A DNA stretch of 64,000 nucleotides from Octopus vulgaris (GCA_951406725.2 OX597818.1:64728001-64792000); one strand, 5' to 3'; positions 38,420 to 52,564 are shown, counted from the first letter of the stretch. Made by a program: numbers and translations. The notes: generated from the sequence alone by a model not told the origin.

Positions 38420-39180
38420 TGCAGAATCAAGAGTGGATTAAGGTGTTGGGAATACTGGAGGGGGACAAAATAAAACAGGAAAACACGAAATAAACTTTAT
38501 TAGAAAGTACACAAGGAGAGTGAGGAAAATATCAGAGTCAAAGTTGAATTCTATGAAAGTTATTGAAGCTATATATTTTACGGTACCGATTACCATATGT
38601 GGATCTGGGAATTGTGGTTGGGGAAACGACGAAACACAGAGGCTTGATAGAAAATCTCGAAATCCCTTGACTCAGTGCTGAGCCACCAAAGAAGAGCTGA
38701 TATCACCCGGTTGTATTTGAAGATGTATCAGGGTTAAAGGGCCTTAAATTGTGTGGAGGTGACCAGATGGAATGGGCAGCATAGTAGATTATTAACAGGA
38801 ATGTTCAGTAAAATCTTGAGGCTGCGGACAAAGAAGAGAATATGAAGCCTGGAAAATAGAAAGGGACAAGAATGAGATTGAAAGAGAACATATTAAAAAC
38901 ACCGAAGAGAATATTTTCCATGATCAATTTTGGAAAGTCGGTGGGGAAGTATGGGGAACAAAACTCTGGTTGAATAAGGGACAATCTAAGAAGAAACAGA
39001 TATTCTTCTTATAGCAGCTTAACCTGAAGCACTGCAAACAATTCGAGAAAATATATGTCAGAGGAGAAGTTGTTAGCAAAATGTAGAGCATGTACAATAA
39101 AGCAATGGCACACATTGTCTCTGAATACCCCACGTTTGCCCAGAGAGAATATAAGAAATGAGAGACATGACTGCGCTGTG
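38420..39180 (+). pseudogene. Old, heavily decayed R4/Dong-type LINE fragment
   Basis: KVLGILEGDKIKQ..KYTRRVRKISESKLNSMKVIEAI, AD ITRLYL, AHIVSEYPTFAQREYKK*RHD collinear with the 40.5-kb ORF. Confidence 0.7.
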
Positions 39181-39227
39181 AATACTTTACACTAGATGAT
39201 GATGATGATGATGATAATGATAACGAT

Positions 39228-39360
<133 letters not shown>

Positions 39361-39908
39361 GATGCAGTACCAGGCAGTGGCTCTCATGGCTTCTGATCTT
39401 AACTGATTGGAAGTGTTATCATGTACATTGTTTTGTCTTGGTATAAAAGATGGGCTACAGCAAATATTCTGCTCAATACCACAGATTTGCTTGTCAGTTG
39501 TTTGACCATAACCAGTTGAGCATGACCCTTAGTGGCTGATGATATGTGCATCTCTGATCACGAGCAGAAGTAGTGGGGGAGCATCATAGCCAAGTGTTGA
39601 GAAGGATTCTTTGGGGTTTGAATAATTCACCTCTGGAAACATGGGTGTTTCGTTCAACGTCCTTAAACAACACTTATTCAGGGACCTTTTGAGCGGGATG
39701 GGTTACTCGAACTGAAGAAAATTCTAACTGGGCTCCACTGCAAGGTCATGTGCTGGTTATCTTGATATGAGATCACCATGTCGCGCACATATGGTTGTGA
39801 TGCATGTGCCTGGGGTACCCTTATCAGACGGGTAGTCATGATGGGTATACTGGGCTTCGTATATTTTACCCCAGTGTCACTTTGATGGCATGCTCTGCTC
39901 GCTCACTC
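39361..39908 (+). mobile_element. 548-bp insert bounded by (TAA)n arrays; probable non-autonomous or decayed R4-dependent element
   Basis: Sharp junctions with pure TAA arrays; only a weak VLRRIL remnant of an R4 C-terminus. Confidence 0.5.
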
Positions 39909-39966
<58 letters not shown>

Positions 39967-39967
39967 G

Positions 39968-40187
39968 ATAGTGCTCATGGAAACTGCTCATATCCTACGC
40001 AAAATACTTTCTATGTAATCTCAAGGTTTAAAACAAACATTTTTTTTTTTTAGACATCCACTAATACAACACAAAAAAACAACCACTAGGCATAACAACA
40101 ACGTGAACTTCCAACCTGTTGTCTCTTAAGTTATCTGAGTGAGATTTGGAGCCAAATTGTACAAATATAAAGCAAAAGTCAAACATA
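39968..40187 (+). mobile_element. Extreme 3' end of a different R4/Dong subfamily
   Basis: VLMETAHILRKILSM* plus a ~170-bp 3' UTR between TAA arrays. Confidence 0.8.
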
Positions 40188-40189
40188 TG

Positions 40190-40279
<90 letters not shown>

Positions 40280-40302
40280 TTAATAATAATAATAATAATA
40301 TT

Positions 40303-40367
<65 letters not shown>

Positions 40368-41895
40368 GTAACCCTGAAAAGAGGAAAACTAGTTAAGAGT
40401 AACAACATCACACTAGGCATAAAACCAATGAAAGAAAAGAATTAGACCAAAGCGAAACTTACAAATACTTAGGAATCCATGAACTAGATAAGACACAACA
40501 CACACAAATGAAAGAGAAAATAAAAAAAGAATATTATAGACGAGTTAGATCAATACTAAACACAGAGCTCAATGCTAAAAACAAGATAATAGGTATCAAC
40601 ACTTTAGCTGTCCCAGTTATAATTTACAGCTACAATATCCTTAACTGGACACGAAATGAACTGACCAAAATAGATAGGAAAACAAGAAAAATAATGACAG
40701 GATCTAGGATGCATCACCCAAAATCTGACATAGAAAGACTATATATACAACGTATAGAAGGTGGTAGAGGCCTTATACAGCTGGAAAACTACTATAAAAT
40801 AACCACCATAGGACTGCAAAAATATCTACTTCAGAAGGAAGGAAAACTGATCCAGATAGCGGCAAAACACGAGCAAAACAAAAAACTGTTCTCAGTATTT
40901 AAGGAAGCTGATAAATACAAACAAGAAATCATACCACCTAATAAACATGAAGAAAAAGAAGAAGATGAAGAAACAACAAATGCTATAAAACAAATGAAAT
41001 CCAAACTAAAAATAGAACAGCAACGAACCATGATAAAACGATGGCAAGAAAAGCCCCTTCATGGTAAATACTGTACTAAACTAAACGCAAAAGAAATAGA
41101 CAAAGAAAAATCCCAGCAATGGTTGAGAAGCTCAGTACTCAAAGCAGAAACAGAGGGATTTTTAATTGCAGCACAAGACCAAAGCCTCCCCACCAGAAAT
41201 TACCAAAAACATGTAATGAAAAGAAATATTACAAGTAACTGCAGAATATGTGGAGATGGACAAGAAACAATAAATCATATTATCTCTAGCTGCCCAGTCT
41301 TGGCTAAGAAGGAATATATTCACAGACATGACAGAGTTGGAACCTACATACATTGGAAGCTATGCCAACATTATGGAATAACAACAGAAAAAATGGTATA
41401 GGCACACACCAGAAAAGGTCACAGAAAACGAGAAAGCAACCATACTCTGGGATGATACACACAGATAGAGAAATTAAGGCCAACAGACCAGATATAGTTG
41501 TCAGAGATCATGAAAAAAAAATGCCTTCTAATTGATGTAATCAATACCGGCTGATGACAACGTGTCTCTAAAAGAAATGGAGAAACTCTCAAAATACAAA
41601 GACCTGGAAATAGAGGTAACTAGAATGTGGAATCTGAAAACAGAAACAATTCCTACCATAGTAGGTGCATTAGGCATGATAAAAAAATATTCAGACAAAT
41701 ACATAACAAAAACACCAGGACTTACAAACACATATAACATTCAGAAAATTGCACTACTAGGCACTGCACACATCCTACGCAGAACACTTTCCATACAATA
41801 ACCACCAGAGCATCACAACAAATCACAATACACACCCAAGGCACACAGAGCTGCTCTCGGTAGTGCAGTGAAAGCACGCTATAAAAATAAAACTA

Positions 41896-41898
<3 letters not shown>
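40368..41898 (+). mobile_element. 5'-truncated R4/Dong-clade non-LTR retrotransposon (RT thumb, CCHC knuckle, restriction-like endonuclease) in (TAA)n
   Basis: YKYLGI; EGGRGL; LKAETEGFLIAAQDQSL; CRICGDGQETINHIISSC; HRHD; RPDIVVRD; EKLSKYKDL; QKIALLGTAHILRRTL*; several frameshifts after ~41390; TAA arrays on both sides. Confidence 0.95.
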
Positions 41899-41982
<84 letters not shown>

Positions 41983-41984
41983 AA

Positions 41985-42192
41985 CATAGGCACACGGCCT
42001 GAAATTTTGCTGGGAGGCACTCATTCGATAACATCGATCCCAGTGGTCAAAAGGTACTTAATGGATCGATTCCGAAAGAATGAATGGCAAAGTTGACCTC
42101 GGCGGAATTTGAACTCAGAACGTAGCGGCAGACGAAATACTGCTAAGCATTTCGCCTGGAGAGCTAACCTTTCTGCCAGATCACTGCCTTGC
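41985..42192 (-). mobile_element. SINE family A, near full length
   Basis: Reverse complement of the family A head and core. Confidence 0.85.
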
Positions 42193-42194
42193 AG

Positions 42195-42395
42195 TGGTAA
42201 TGATATTAATTGGTGCACTTGAACGTATTAGAACTGGACTACCAATATGGCTGATAAAGATTGGTAGAAATGTAATGGTAGGACGCTTAGAAGCATCAGC
42301 ATTGCTTGGAACTGCAGGTATTCTTCGCTTCGTCTTCTGGTCGTGGATAGCTGACACTTTCCATCATACCCAGTAGAAATGATCTGCAAGTTTTC
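42195..42395 (+). mobile_element. R4-type LINE 3' fragment (further subfamily)
   Basis: VVMILIGALERI...LEASALLGTAGILRFVF followed by (GAT)n. Confidence 0.7.
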
Positions 42396-42445
42396 ATCAT
42401 ATAATGATGATGATGATGATGATGACGATGATGATGATGATGATA

Positions 42446-42478
<33 letters not shown>

Positions 42479-42639
42479 GGGAGGATGATGTTGATGATGA
42501 TGATGATGATGGGGAGGAGGATGTTGATAATGATGATGGTGATGATAATGAGGAGGAGGAGAATGATGATGATGAGGCTTTGTTTTATTTTACATATCGA
42601 GAATAAATGAGGAGGTATCGCGGGGCAGACTTCAATTTT

Positions 42640-42936
42640 CAGTTTGAGGTTATTCTCTATCCGTCTCTTTTGCCGAACAGCTAAGGTACGTGGACGTAAA
42701 CACGCCATAATCGGTTGCCAAGCAATGTTTGGGGGGGGGGAGAACACGGGCACACACATATATACATATATACGACGGGCTTCTTTAATTTTCGGTCTAC
42801 CAAATCCACTCACAAGTCTTTGGTTGGCCCGAAGCTATAGTAGAAGACACTTACCCAAGGTGTCAAGCGGGGGGAAAGAACCCGGAACCATGTGGTTGGT
42901 AAGCAAGCTACTTACCACACTGCCACCCCTGCGCCT
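42640..42936 (-). mobile_element. SINE family B, 3'-truncated
   Basis: Collinear with 9540-9833. Confidence 0.85.
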
Positions 42937-43619
42937 ATATAAAGCATGAGAGAAAAGAAATGAAACAGTAACGATTGATTGATATTTAGGCCCATGTGGA
43001 TGATACTGGAGGGAAAGGGCTGGACCATTCTGCTATCCTGAGTACTTCTTTTCTTCTATAATATGTCTGCTTCGGAAAATTGTAAAGCAAATTGGAATTC
43101 ATTTGCACGTTTGGAATTGAATTTAGAATTTCGTAAGCGTGAGATATTCTGTGAAGTGCATTCACATGTTTTCAAAAACCACTTGTGATACTTATACAAC
43201 AACGATAAATAATGGTGTTTATGTAACGTGTGAATATAATGATGTATAGCACAATATGTCAAGGGATCAGGATTTGTACGATGATCACATCAAAACTGAA
43301 TATTAATTAAATCTATATTGTTAAAATATAATTACGATTTGATTGCAATTATCTGTGATTTTTATTGTTCAAATTATTGTTCCAAGATTAATATTCGCAA
43401 TACTTCAGTTTCTCATGCATTAACTATCAATATTCATGTTACTTTCTGCGATTGTCATTGAAGCCGTTTAAGACATGTAGTTTCAATGAAAACCGGATTT
43501 TAGCAGTGTTTATATGCTTTGCTTTTGATATTCACTTACATTCACTTACGTTCACTGAATACCTGAAGAACGAAAAAAACTCAACAGAATCACGAATGCT
43601 GATGTTGTCTGAATGCACG

Positions 43620-43620
43620 A

Positions 43621-43670
<50 letters not shown>

Positions 43671-43682
43671 ATACTACTACGG

Positions 43683-43722
<40 letters not shown>

Positions 43723-43889
43723 GGCTGCTACTACTACTACTACAACTACTACTAATACTAATAATAACGATAATAACAACAACAAAAACAACAACAACAA
43801 TATTAATAATAATAATAATAATGATAATAACAATAATAATAATAATAATGATGATGATAATAATAATAATAATAATAATAATGATGATG

Positions 43890-43939
<50 letters not shown>

Positions 43940-44024
43940 GATAATAATAATAATGATAATAATAATAATAATGGTAATGATAATGATAATAATAATAATA
44001 AAAATAATGATGATGATGATGATG

Positions 44025-44055
<31 letters not shown>

Positions 44056-44140
44056 TGATGATGATAATAATAATAATAACAATAATAATGATAATAATAA
44101 TGATAATAATAATAATGATAATGATAATAATATTAATACG
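43620..44140. repeat. Compound trinucleotide array (ACT)n-(AAC)n-(AAT/GAT)n
   Basis: Direct inspection. Confidence 0.95.
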
Positions 44141-44239
44141 ATTACCGCAGCAGCAGTAGCTGCTGCTTCTGTTGCGACTTCTATTAATGATGGTGCGGAT
44201 GAAGTTGACGTTAATGATAATAATTTCATTTACAATACA

Positions 44240-44665
44240 CGTATCGTATAAAGTATGGGATAAAATGAATCATAGAAACCTCGTCGTGGAGGTGAAACTC
44301 AAACCAGTTAATGGACCTAACAGTTCGAGTGCTGTGAGATTCATTAACAATAGAAGCAAGAGATAAATACAAACCTTATAAGAACGAAATAGCCCGGTTT
44401 GGGAAAACGAAGAGGGGTGAAAATGGTACCAGGTTTTATTGGGTCCATGAGGACAGTATCAGAAGGCCTCCAAGGGGAATATAAAGAATATCGGAAGAGA
44501 GTGCTCAGAAGTGCTACAAAAGTTTTGCCTCCTTGGCACTGCTAGGGTAATCAGGTATAATATAGCTGAAAAGAGCAGATAGCATTGTATCATAGGATGC
44601 AGGCAAGAAATCCACTACGCATGCATGGCTCTAGGAGTTTCAGCAAAACCTTTGGTAGAAAGAAA
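44240..44665 (+). mobile_element. Decayed R4-type LINE 3' fragment
   Basis: DKYKPY, VPGFIG, EVLQKFCLLGTARVIR; ends at TAA repeats. Confidence 0.65.
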
Positions 44666-46339
44666 TAATAATAATATTAATAAACTAAATTGTTCCCGTT
44701 TAGAGTACGGTCAAGACGTTTGAGGGAAAGGTTCACAATATACAATGGTCTCTGTACTCGAGTTGCGCTCATAATGAACAGACCGTAGGGAGATGGAATG
44801 CAAAGAATTTTGAAACATGGCCACTCGGCATACACACAGTTTTCTTTAAAGAAAATACACATTGTAAAACAAAATATCTCCAGAATAAATAAGGAATCCC
44901 AAACAATAGATCAAAATTTAATAAGCAATAAATGAAAGAAATATGATATTTAACTAAATATAGATGGCGTCAGTGGTATAAGGAAGAGCCAATCATTCAG
45001 ATTGCATTCTTCATAAGGTTAAAGAGAAGAGATCACAAAATGGCACATATTAGACGTGATTGTATTGAAAGATGTCACAAATTATAGCCGTGACACATCA
45101 TGAAAATATATTCTCCAAGATAACCATCAGCATAAATATTATCGCCATGACAGTCGTAGGCATATCTTTCTCATCGCATACATTATTCTCACGAACGCCA
45201 TCGTCAGCATCGCAGTCACCATCAACACTGTAGTGATATTTATTATCGTAACATTCCTGATGTTCTTCATCATTATTATCGTTATCATCGTCACCATCAT
45301 CTTCACGGCAAAAAAATATTACATTTATCATCATTGACATCGCTAAAACGACTTCCATTATCATAATACTCGTTGTTGTTATGATGCCCATTAATATTAT
45401 CGAAAAAATAGAATATAATCACAGCCATCAAGCTGATATGCGTTGCTAGTATTCGGATCATAGGGGCAACATTGCTGAAATCAACGTCATCAGCAAAATT
45501 ATATGAGTATTCGATATCAAATACTATTAACGAAAGAGAGACCCCGTTCACCTCACCTAGACATAATTTTCATCATTAGTAAGACAATACTGAAAGCCAG
45601 TAGCAGCTTAATTATAATTATTATCTGCATGTCCATTAACAGTATTTTCTCTGCCTCTATCCAATCTCCTATTATAACTCAGTAGTAAAATAACTGCTAA
45701 GAAATGTTTCTTTATCACCATTCCATTACTGAATGTAATATTCTAGGTGATGTTACATTAATTATGTCTTGAAAGTTTAAATTGGATTTGTTTCTTTCAT
45801 AAGAGAAAGTTGGCAACGATTTCAATCCATTTAAAACTTCAAATTCAGACAGTTTAGTAGTGTGTCTAATACTCAGTCACCAATGATAGTCTCAAATATA
45901 GTGTTCAATTAAATAAAATTCGATTAATCTATCATTTATGTCTCACATTTCTCTATTACAATGTGTTGTGTGTTGTATGCTGCAGTTTTACGAACATTTT
46001 GAATAAACACTATTTAGATTAAAATAATAATTTCAGTATAAACAAAGCATAATTTGAGCGCTTCCAGAATGAATTTTCTTTAATTATAGTCAGAATAACC
46101 CTTCCGTTAGTATAAAACTTAGAATGATTAAACGAGTAAGCGATCTGTTTAAATGTTTGAACTATAAACGTAGCTGCTTATAATCGTTGTTATAGATGCA
46201 ACGTTTGCCATGAGACATTTAATGGTGAATCGCATAATGCGTTTCGCGTTTCTTTGATTAACACTGAAAACATTACCTAAATTTGGTAAAGATGGAAATA
46301 ATAACATTCTTTCTTATGTGAGAATCAATTAATGACTCC

Positions 46340-46545
46340 TAAATTTGGCGCAATTCCAGCAACTTCTTTGGTAGGGTAAGTCGATAGAAACCGACCTTAG
46401 TACTCAACTAGTTCTTATTTTATCGATCTTGAAACCATGAGAGGCAAAGTCAACCTCGACAGAATTTGAAATGAGAATGTAAATAAAGACAAAATGATGC
46501 TGACCATTTAATCCGTCTTGATAACAATTCGAAAACCACCGGCGC
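46340..46545 (-). mobile_element. SINE family A, diverged
   Basis: ATGAGAGGCAAAGTCAACCTCGACAGAATTTGAA. Confidence 0.65.
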
Positions 46546-46872
46546 TTTAATATTAGTTTTGATTATTGTTATTAATACGTTACACCTAAAATATCACGTG
46601 GCCCGAGGCTGTAGTAGAAAACATTTCCCAAAAGTGCAACGTAGTGGGACAGCACGTGAACAATGTAGTTGGGATGTAAACTGTTTACCACACAGCAAAT
46701 GATACTCAATATCCACGTGACAAAACGGAATGAGAATGACGTCAAATGTTTCTGGAGGACGAAGCGCGTTCTGAAAAGAAGTCAATAAAATATATGTCAT
46801 ATTATTTTCATTACGTAGCAACCCACTTAAACTGAAGGGTTACAGAAACTTTGGCAACTATATACATAAATG

Positions 46873-46911
<39 letters not shown>

Positions 46912-47008
46912 GTGTGTGTGTATGATTGTATATATATATATATACATATAAATATATATATATATGCATATATATATACCTATATATATATATTTATATA
47001 CATACATA

Positions 47009-47094
<86 letters not shown>

Positions 47095-47275
47095 TATGTA
47101 TATATATAAATATATATATAGGTATATATATGCATATATATTTATATATAAAGCGATATATACGTATATAGACAGAGGGACAGACATATAGAGAGATAGA
47201 GAGTGAGAGAGATATAGATAGATGTAGATAGATATGAAGATATATATAGAGATACATAAATAGATAGATAGGAAA

Positions 47276-47276
<1 letters not shown>

Positions 47277-47370
<94 letters not shown>
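47277..47370. repeat. (GATA)n tetranucleotide array
   Basis: Direct inspection; another at 61500-61560. Confidence 0.95.
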
Positions 47371-48058
47371 CGCACCAAAATACTTTCACATATCATTTGA
47401 GACAAACACGAATTAGCTGCGGCCTGCCTATCAACAGAATTAAAAGGACTGGACGAACTTTTCGAGAAATGGATTTCTGTGATTCTATTTTTTTTTTTTT
47501 GACGTTATTTTTTCCATCTTGAATTTTGAAAATATTTTTTTCTAGATTTTAAAGACATGAAACTAAAATCGCGTATCTTAATTATTGATGCAACTTGATA
47601 TATCCTTGAGGAATATAAGATACTAGAAAATTACATCTTTTTTTTGCATTTTTTATTAATTTTTTGTTGCAAGAAGCACATTACTCTGCTTTGAAAAATA
47701 AAAATGCAATTAAACGAGTGAATTGAGTTAATGTAGGAAGACATTAGAGATGATATGTTTGATATGAACGTGAATCGCTTTAATTAGTTCCAGAATTAGA
47801 CATATTGACCATTGGCAAGTAGATCGATTGTTAATTGAATCAAACATTGCAAGATTTATCGAAGGAGATGGAATTATGGATATCTTCTTGAAACCAGTTA
47901 CATGCACATTGAAATAATATATACATAGATTCATGCATGCATACACACACGCACACACACACACATACATATATATATATATGTATGTATGTATATAAAT
48001 GTATGTACGTATGTATGTACATATATATAATATATGTATATATATATATACATATATG

Positions 48059-48111
<53 letters not shown>

Positions 48112-48112
48112 A

Positions 48113-48163
<51 letters not shown>

Positions 48164-48348
48164 TTATATATATATATATATATTCATACACAAGGGAATT
48201 TTTATAAAACAAAAACATAAACACATGCATATATACATTATACATATTTCTATTATATGAAATAATATATATTTAACGCATGTTCATATATATTTATCCT
48301 TCACTCTATCTATCTCTTTACCTATATACGCATACACACACACACATA

Positions 48349-48748
48349 TATGGACCACGGGCTATACGTCCCCTGCCCAATTCAAGATCACAACATACAT
48401 GTACACTGCAACATAATTTCTTTTCCTCAATAGGCCCTGCCCTATTTAACATTGTCCCGAGGGAGATCAAAGAGGAAAAGGATCCCATCAACTTTAAACA
48501 GAGTCTGGATAGATTCCTTCAAAGAATACCAGATAAGCCACCCATAATTGGATACAACTCACCCAACAAGAACTCACTACTTGAACAAAACTGGATACAA
48601 CTCACCCAACAAGAACTCACTACTTGAACAAAACTTGACTCAAACAAAACTTGACTTAAACAGGATTCGAAAAATCCTATCAGATGGTGCTATTAAGTTA
48701 AACATGGCCTGGACCAATCTTTGGTCGAAACATATCTAAGTTTATCTA

Positions 48749-48752
<4 letters not shown>
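48349..48752 (+). mobile_element. 3' fragment of a second CR1-group LINE subfamily related to 3888-4931
   Basis: GPRAIRP...HNFFSSIGPALFNI.P..IK.E.D...FK.SLD.FLQ.IPDKP...GY.S.N.NSLLE; conserved 3' UTR and (TATCTAAGTT)2 tail; followed by (TA)n. Confidence 0.9.
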
Positions 48753-48786
<34 letters not shown>

Positions 48787-49007
48787 TCGCAGAGTTTCGT
48801 TAGTCAACACGTGGTATGCTTCTAGAATTGTCCTAGATTTCCAAAGTTGCCACCCCGCTGACCAAACCAGTAGGCCAACATTCATTCGGTCTGGAAGGTT
48901 TCGCGATCACAGGGCAACGTGAACTGAGTTATTTATGCACCTGAATTTAAACTCAGGTGTATGTATGTATATATATATAAAGCAATGTTAAGATGCCATA
49001 AGAATGT

Positions 49008-49217
49008 AGTAGTCCTATATAGAACGATGTTGCTGTTGTTTTAGCCCCCAGGAAAACAGCTTTTCCTGCTGCCTATTGGCACGCGGTTTGTTTCCGTATG
49101 GAAATGGGGATTCCCTTGCAAATGCTATACGGACACAAACAATGTGTCGATAGCCGGCTGGAAAATATGTTTTCCTGGGGCTAAAACAACAGTAACATCG
49201 TATAGAGACATTACTAT
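49008..49217. mobile_element. Palindromic MITE-like element
   Basis: CGATGTTGCTGTTGTTTTAGCCCCCAGGAAAACA...TGTTTTCCTGGGGCTAAAACAACAGTAACATCG; ~90-bp imperfect arms. Confidence 0.8.
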
Positions 49218-49275
49218 CCCGTGCTGGTATTGTATATCTCTCGCTCAGAAATGTAAAAACAAGTAGTTCCTCTCT

Positions 49276-49315
<40 letters not shown>

Positions 49316-49338
49316 ATCTCTCTCTCTCATCTCTCTGC

Positions 49339-49376
<38 letters not shown>

Positions 49377-49974
49377 AGACACATACACATATATATACAT
49401 ATACATATATATATACATGCATATATACGTACTAACATATATATACAACGATTGTATATAGATCAATATAATTCATCTGACCTAATTGCAATTCGCTCCA
49501 GTATGCACTGTGCAGAATCTATTCCACCAAATAAAAAATGTGTTAAAATAGCAGAAATAATCTTCCAGTTATTGGGTTATCATAATCGTAATGTAAATTT
49601 GAAGAGCTCATTAACAACGAAATTCATGAATAATTCAGCGGAAATATTGGCCTGAAAACATTACTAAATTGGAGTAGTAATTTCGTTGTATAGCAGCAAA
49701 GAAAATATGGATTCAAATGAGAGAATTATTTCCTATTCTGTTTTGCCTTTGCCTTGTTTCAGCCAGCAGACCGCGGACATGCTGGGGGACTGTCTTAAAA
49801 AATTGATTTTGTTGAATGGATTCATCCAATTATCAATAAAGTATATATTTTTATTTATCTCGGAAGCCCAGAAGATATTCCATCCGTCTCTTTTCTCCAG
49901 ACTTACGGGCGACGTACAAATATCCGAACCGTTTGTGACACACACACAATTTATGCATACATAATTTATATATA

Positions 49975-50038
<64 letters not shown>

Positions 50039-50135
50039 TATACATATATATATGCATAGACATATATATATGCATAGACATAAATAGATACATGCATATA
50101 TATATATACATATATATACATACATACATATATAT

Positions 50136-50176
50136 CTACATTGACAAAGGGCAAATACCCTGAAACGCGTCTGTAG
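50136..50176 (+). ncRNA. Minimal type-I hammerhead ribozyme, U3-A8 covariant core
   Basis: CTACA-TTGACAA-AGGG-CAAATA-CCCT-GAAA-CGCG-TC-TGTAG: perfect helices I and II, palindromic ACGCGU helix III, GUC triplet. Confidence 0.82.
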
Positions 50177-50397
50177 CTGTCTGATTAGCAGTGTGAAGCG
50201 GCTGACCTCCCTTGTTCGAAGGTTATAATGGACACAGTTTGTGTGTCAAATAGCTATCTTAAGGCGATGGCCTCATGGAGATAATCAGCGACAGCCTTTA
50301 GTCTTATATCTATAAGACTGCCATATTAATATGGCGATAACAATTAATTTCCAGTAACGCTGCGGTAATCTCTTTTAGAGACACTTAGTAATTTTAA

Positions 50398-50403
<6 letters not shown>
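50136..50403 (+). mobile_element. ~270-bp HHR-headed non-coding insert in (TA)n (PLE pseudo-LTR-like)
   Basis: Begins exactly at HHR helix I; flanked by TA microsatellite on both sides. Confidence 0.6.
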
Positions 50404-50438
<35 letters not shown>

Positions 50439-50486
50439 GTACATACATATATATGTGTACATATATACATACATATACATATATAA

Positions 50487-50522
<36 letters not shown>

Positions 50523-51255
50523 CACGCACACATACACACACACAAAACACACACACATACATGTATATATATTATATACATACATATATATAAACAGACA
50601 AACGGTTTTTCACTCTTTGCTTATGTGATTTAATTGATGTGATAAAACTCGTACGCTTCCGTGATTTATGTATATATTTCATATTTCTAGCATCTGTTTC
50701 CATTAAAATATATTGTAAGAGTTTGGCTAAAATCTACATTCTACTTCCTGTGATTCAATCCTACATGCGGCCAACTTTATTTCCATCAGGCGAAATAGAA
50801 ATTTGATTTGGTGACACATTGACTCAGGCGTCTGTTCTGGTATTCTGATAAACAAGCCTCTGTGGGTGTAAACAATGTTTACTAAACTTTTGATATTCAT
50901 ATTAGCTTCTACCACCCACGTATCCTGTTCATAAAACACAAACCAATTCGCTTGGAATGAAGGAGAGACGCCATGTCCTTTCATCACTAGTCCTTTGATC
51001 AGGGTATCACTCATCATATTCGAAGATATTTGATCATTTTATATTACAGTATCACATCATAAACCTCGCAGAACTGTGTCAATACTTCGCTATGCTAGAA
51101 ATTCATATATTTAACATCAACTTTCATTCGTATCTCATAATAGCTAAAACGCAATACCGTTTTGATTTCGTATATAGTGTGTCGAAACTATAGCAGCAGG
51201 AAACGACAAAGGCGTGTATTTTAATATTTACATTTAGAAGTAAACACACACACAC

Positions 51256-51303
<48 letters not shown>

Positions 51304-51629
51304 TTGCTGTGTGCCAAGTTAGAACACGTACATACTGGGTCGACTTTCTTCATATAAGAAGTGATACAATAAGTACCAGCTGAGCACTGGGTTGATATAA
51401 ACGACTTACCTTTCTCACGTGTTTGCTGGACTTCTACCAAGATTTGAAGACATTACAAATGTAAATTGAAGAAGGCAATCTAGGAGAATGGTTAATGGGT
51501 CGGAGAAAATGATTAGCAGCGCTTCATGTCCTTTACGGTCTGAGTTCAAGTACCACCGAGGTAGACTTGTGTCATTAACCCATTTGTAATTGATTGAATA
51601 AAGTACCAATGAAAGGTCGTCATTTTAGC

Positions 51630-51841
51630 ACCACTGTCGAGATACAGCAGGAATATAAGAAGATCCCGGACTCGTCTACGGTAAACGACTTCCAGTCCGG
51701 ATTCTGGAAGTGGCACGGACGCTGTCACCGGTGAATTGCTGCGCAGGTAACTAATTCGAAGGAGATGTTGTTAAAGCTTATGCAAATGATTTATTTCTAT
51801 TAAACCTAAATAGCCCAGGAACCATTTGATAACACCTCTTA
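51630..51841 (+). mobile_element. Mariner transposase C-terminus and right TIR remnant
   Basis: DFQSGFWKWHGRCHR*IAAQ..(Y)FEGD-like end; GGAACCATTTGATAACACCTCTTA is the inverse of a mariner-type TA.GAGGTG.TATCAAA..GTTCC TIR. Confidence 0.7.
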
Positions 51842-51890
51842 TATGCGTAGAAATACATAGGTACACACCATGCTGTGTAAATGCAGATAT

Positions 51891-52088
51891 AAGGACATCA
51901 TGCTCGGAATGGTCAGTGGCAAGAGAGGAAGAGGCCGACCAAAAACCCGCTGGCTTGACACCATCAGGAGTGATACCGGAATAGACATGGCCAATCTGAA
52001 GGAAGCGGCCTAGGAGAGAACTGAGTGGAGGACACTGATTCAACGAGTGACCGAGAGTCGACTTCGACTGAGCGGATAGAGAGAGAGA
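51891..52088 (+). mobile_element. RTE-clade LINE 3' end
   Basis: KDIMLGMVSGKRGRGRPKTRWLDTI...A*ERTEWRTLIQRVTESRLRLSG* then (GA)n. Confidence 0.88.
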
Positions 52089-52486
52089 TTCCTTTTCCGC
52101 TTTGCCGTCTACCAGGTGAGTCACGGTTCTTGGTGCTCCTTCACTGTTTTCCTACACAGTTAGTTTATATCTTCCTTCTCTCTGCCATTCTTTTGTCTCC
52201 AGTACTTTAGGGCATGTTCCTTTTCCTTTACATTACCCATGTCTTCTGTCTGGTAGACCCACGACCTTTTCTCGTTCTGGAGGTAAAATTATTATAGCTA
52301 CTTTAGTTCATCGGGTGCGTTTTCGTCATTGTCTTGTACGTTCGCTATTCCGAGTAGCATTTTGCAACTGGTGCGAAACAGAGTGAACGCTGCGAAACCG
52401 TTATGATCCTTTGGACGTTGAATGATAAAGGATCAGCTACGAATTTTCTACTTGTCATGGTTTCTTCATGTTTTTTCCTTCCGTGA

Positions 52487-52524
<38 letters not shown>

Positions 52525-52530
52525 TGTATG

Positions 52531-52563
<33 letters not shown>

Positions 52564-52564
52564 G

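Noticed and set aside
43452-44251. 212-235 aa ORFs with poly-T/N, poly-I and poly-L
   Set aside because: Stop-free frames of trinucleotide arrays; no domain or splice evidence
48703-48745. Hammerhead in the CR1 3' UTR (hairpin followed by GAAAC)
   Set aside because: No CUGANGA-like core or helix I; the other copy has AAAA in place of GAAA
50727-51017. 96-aa complex ORF on the minus strand
   Set aside because: No recognisable motif or splice signals
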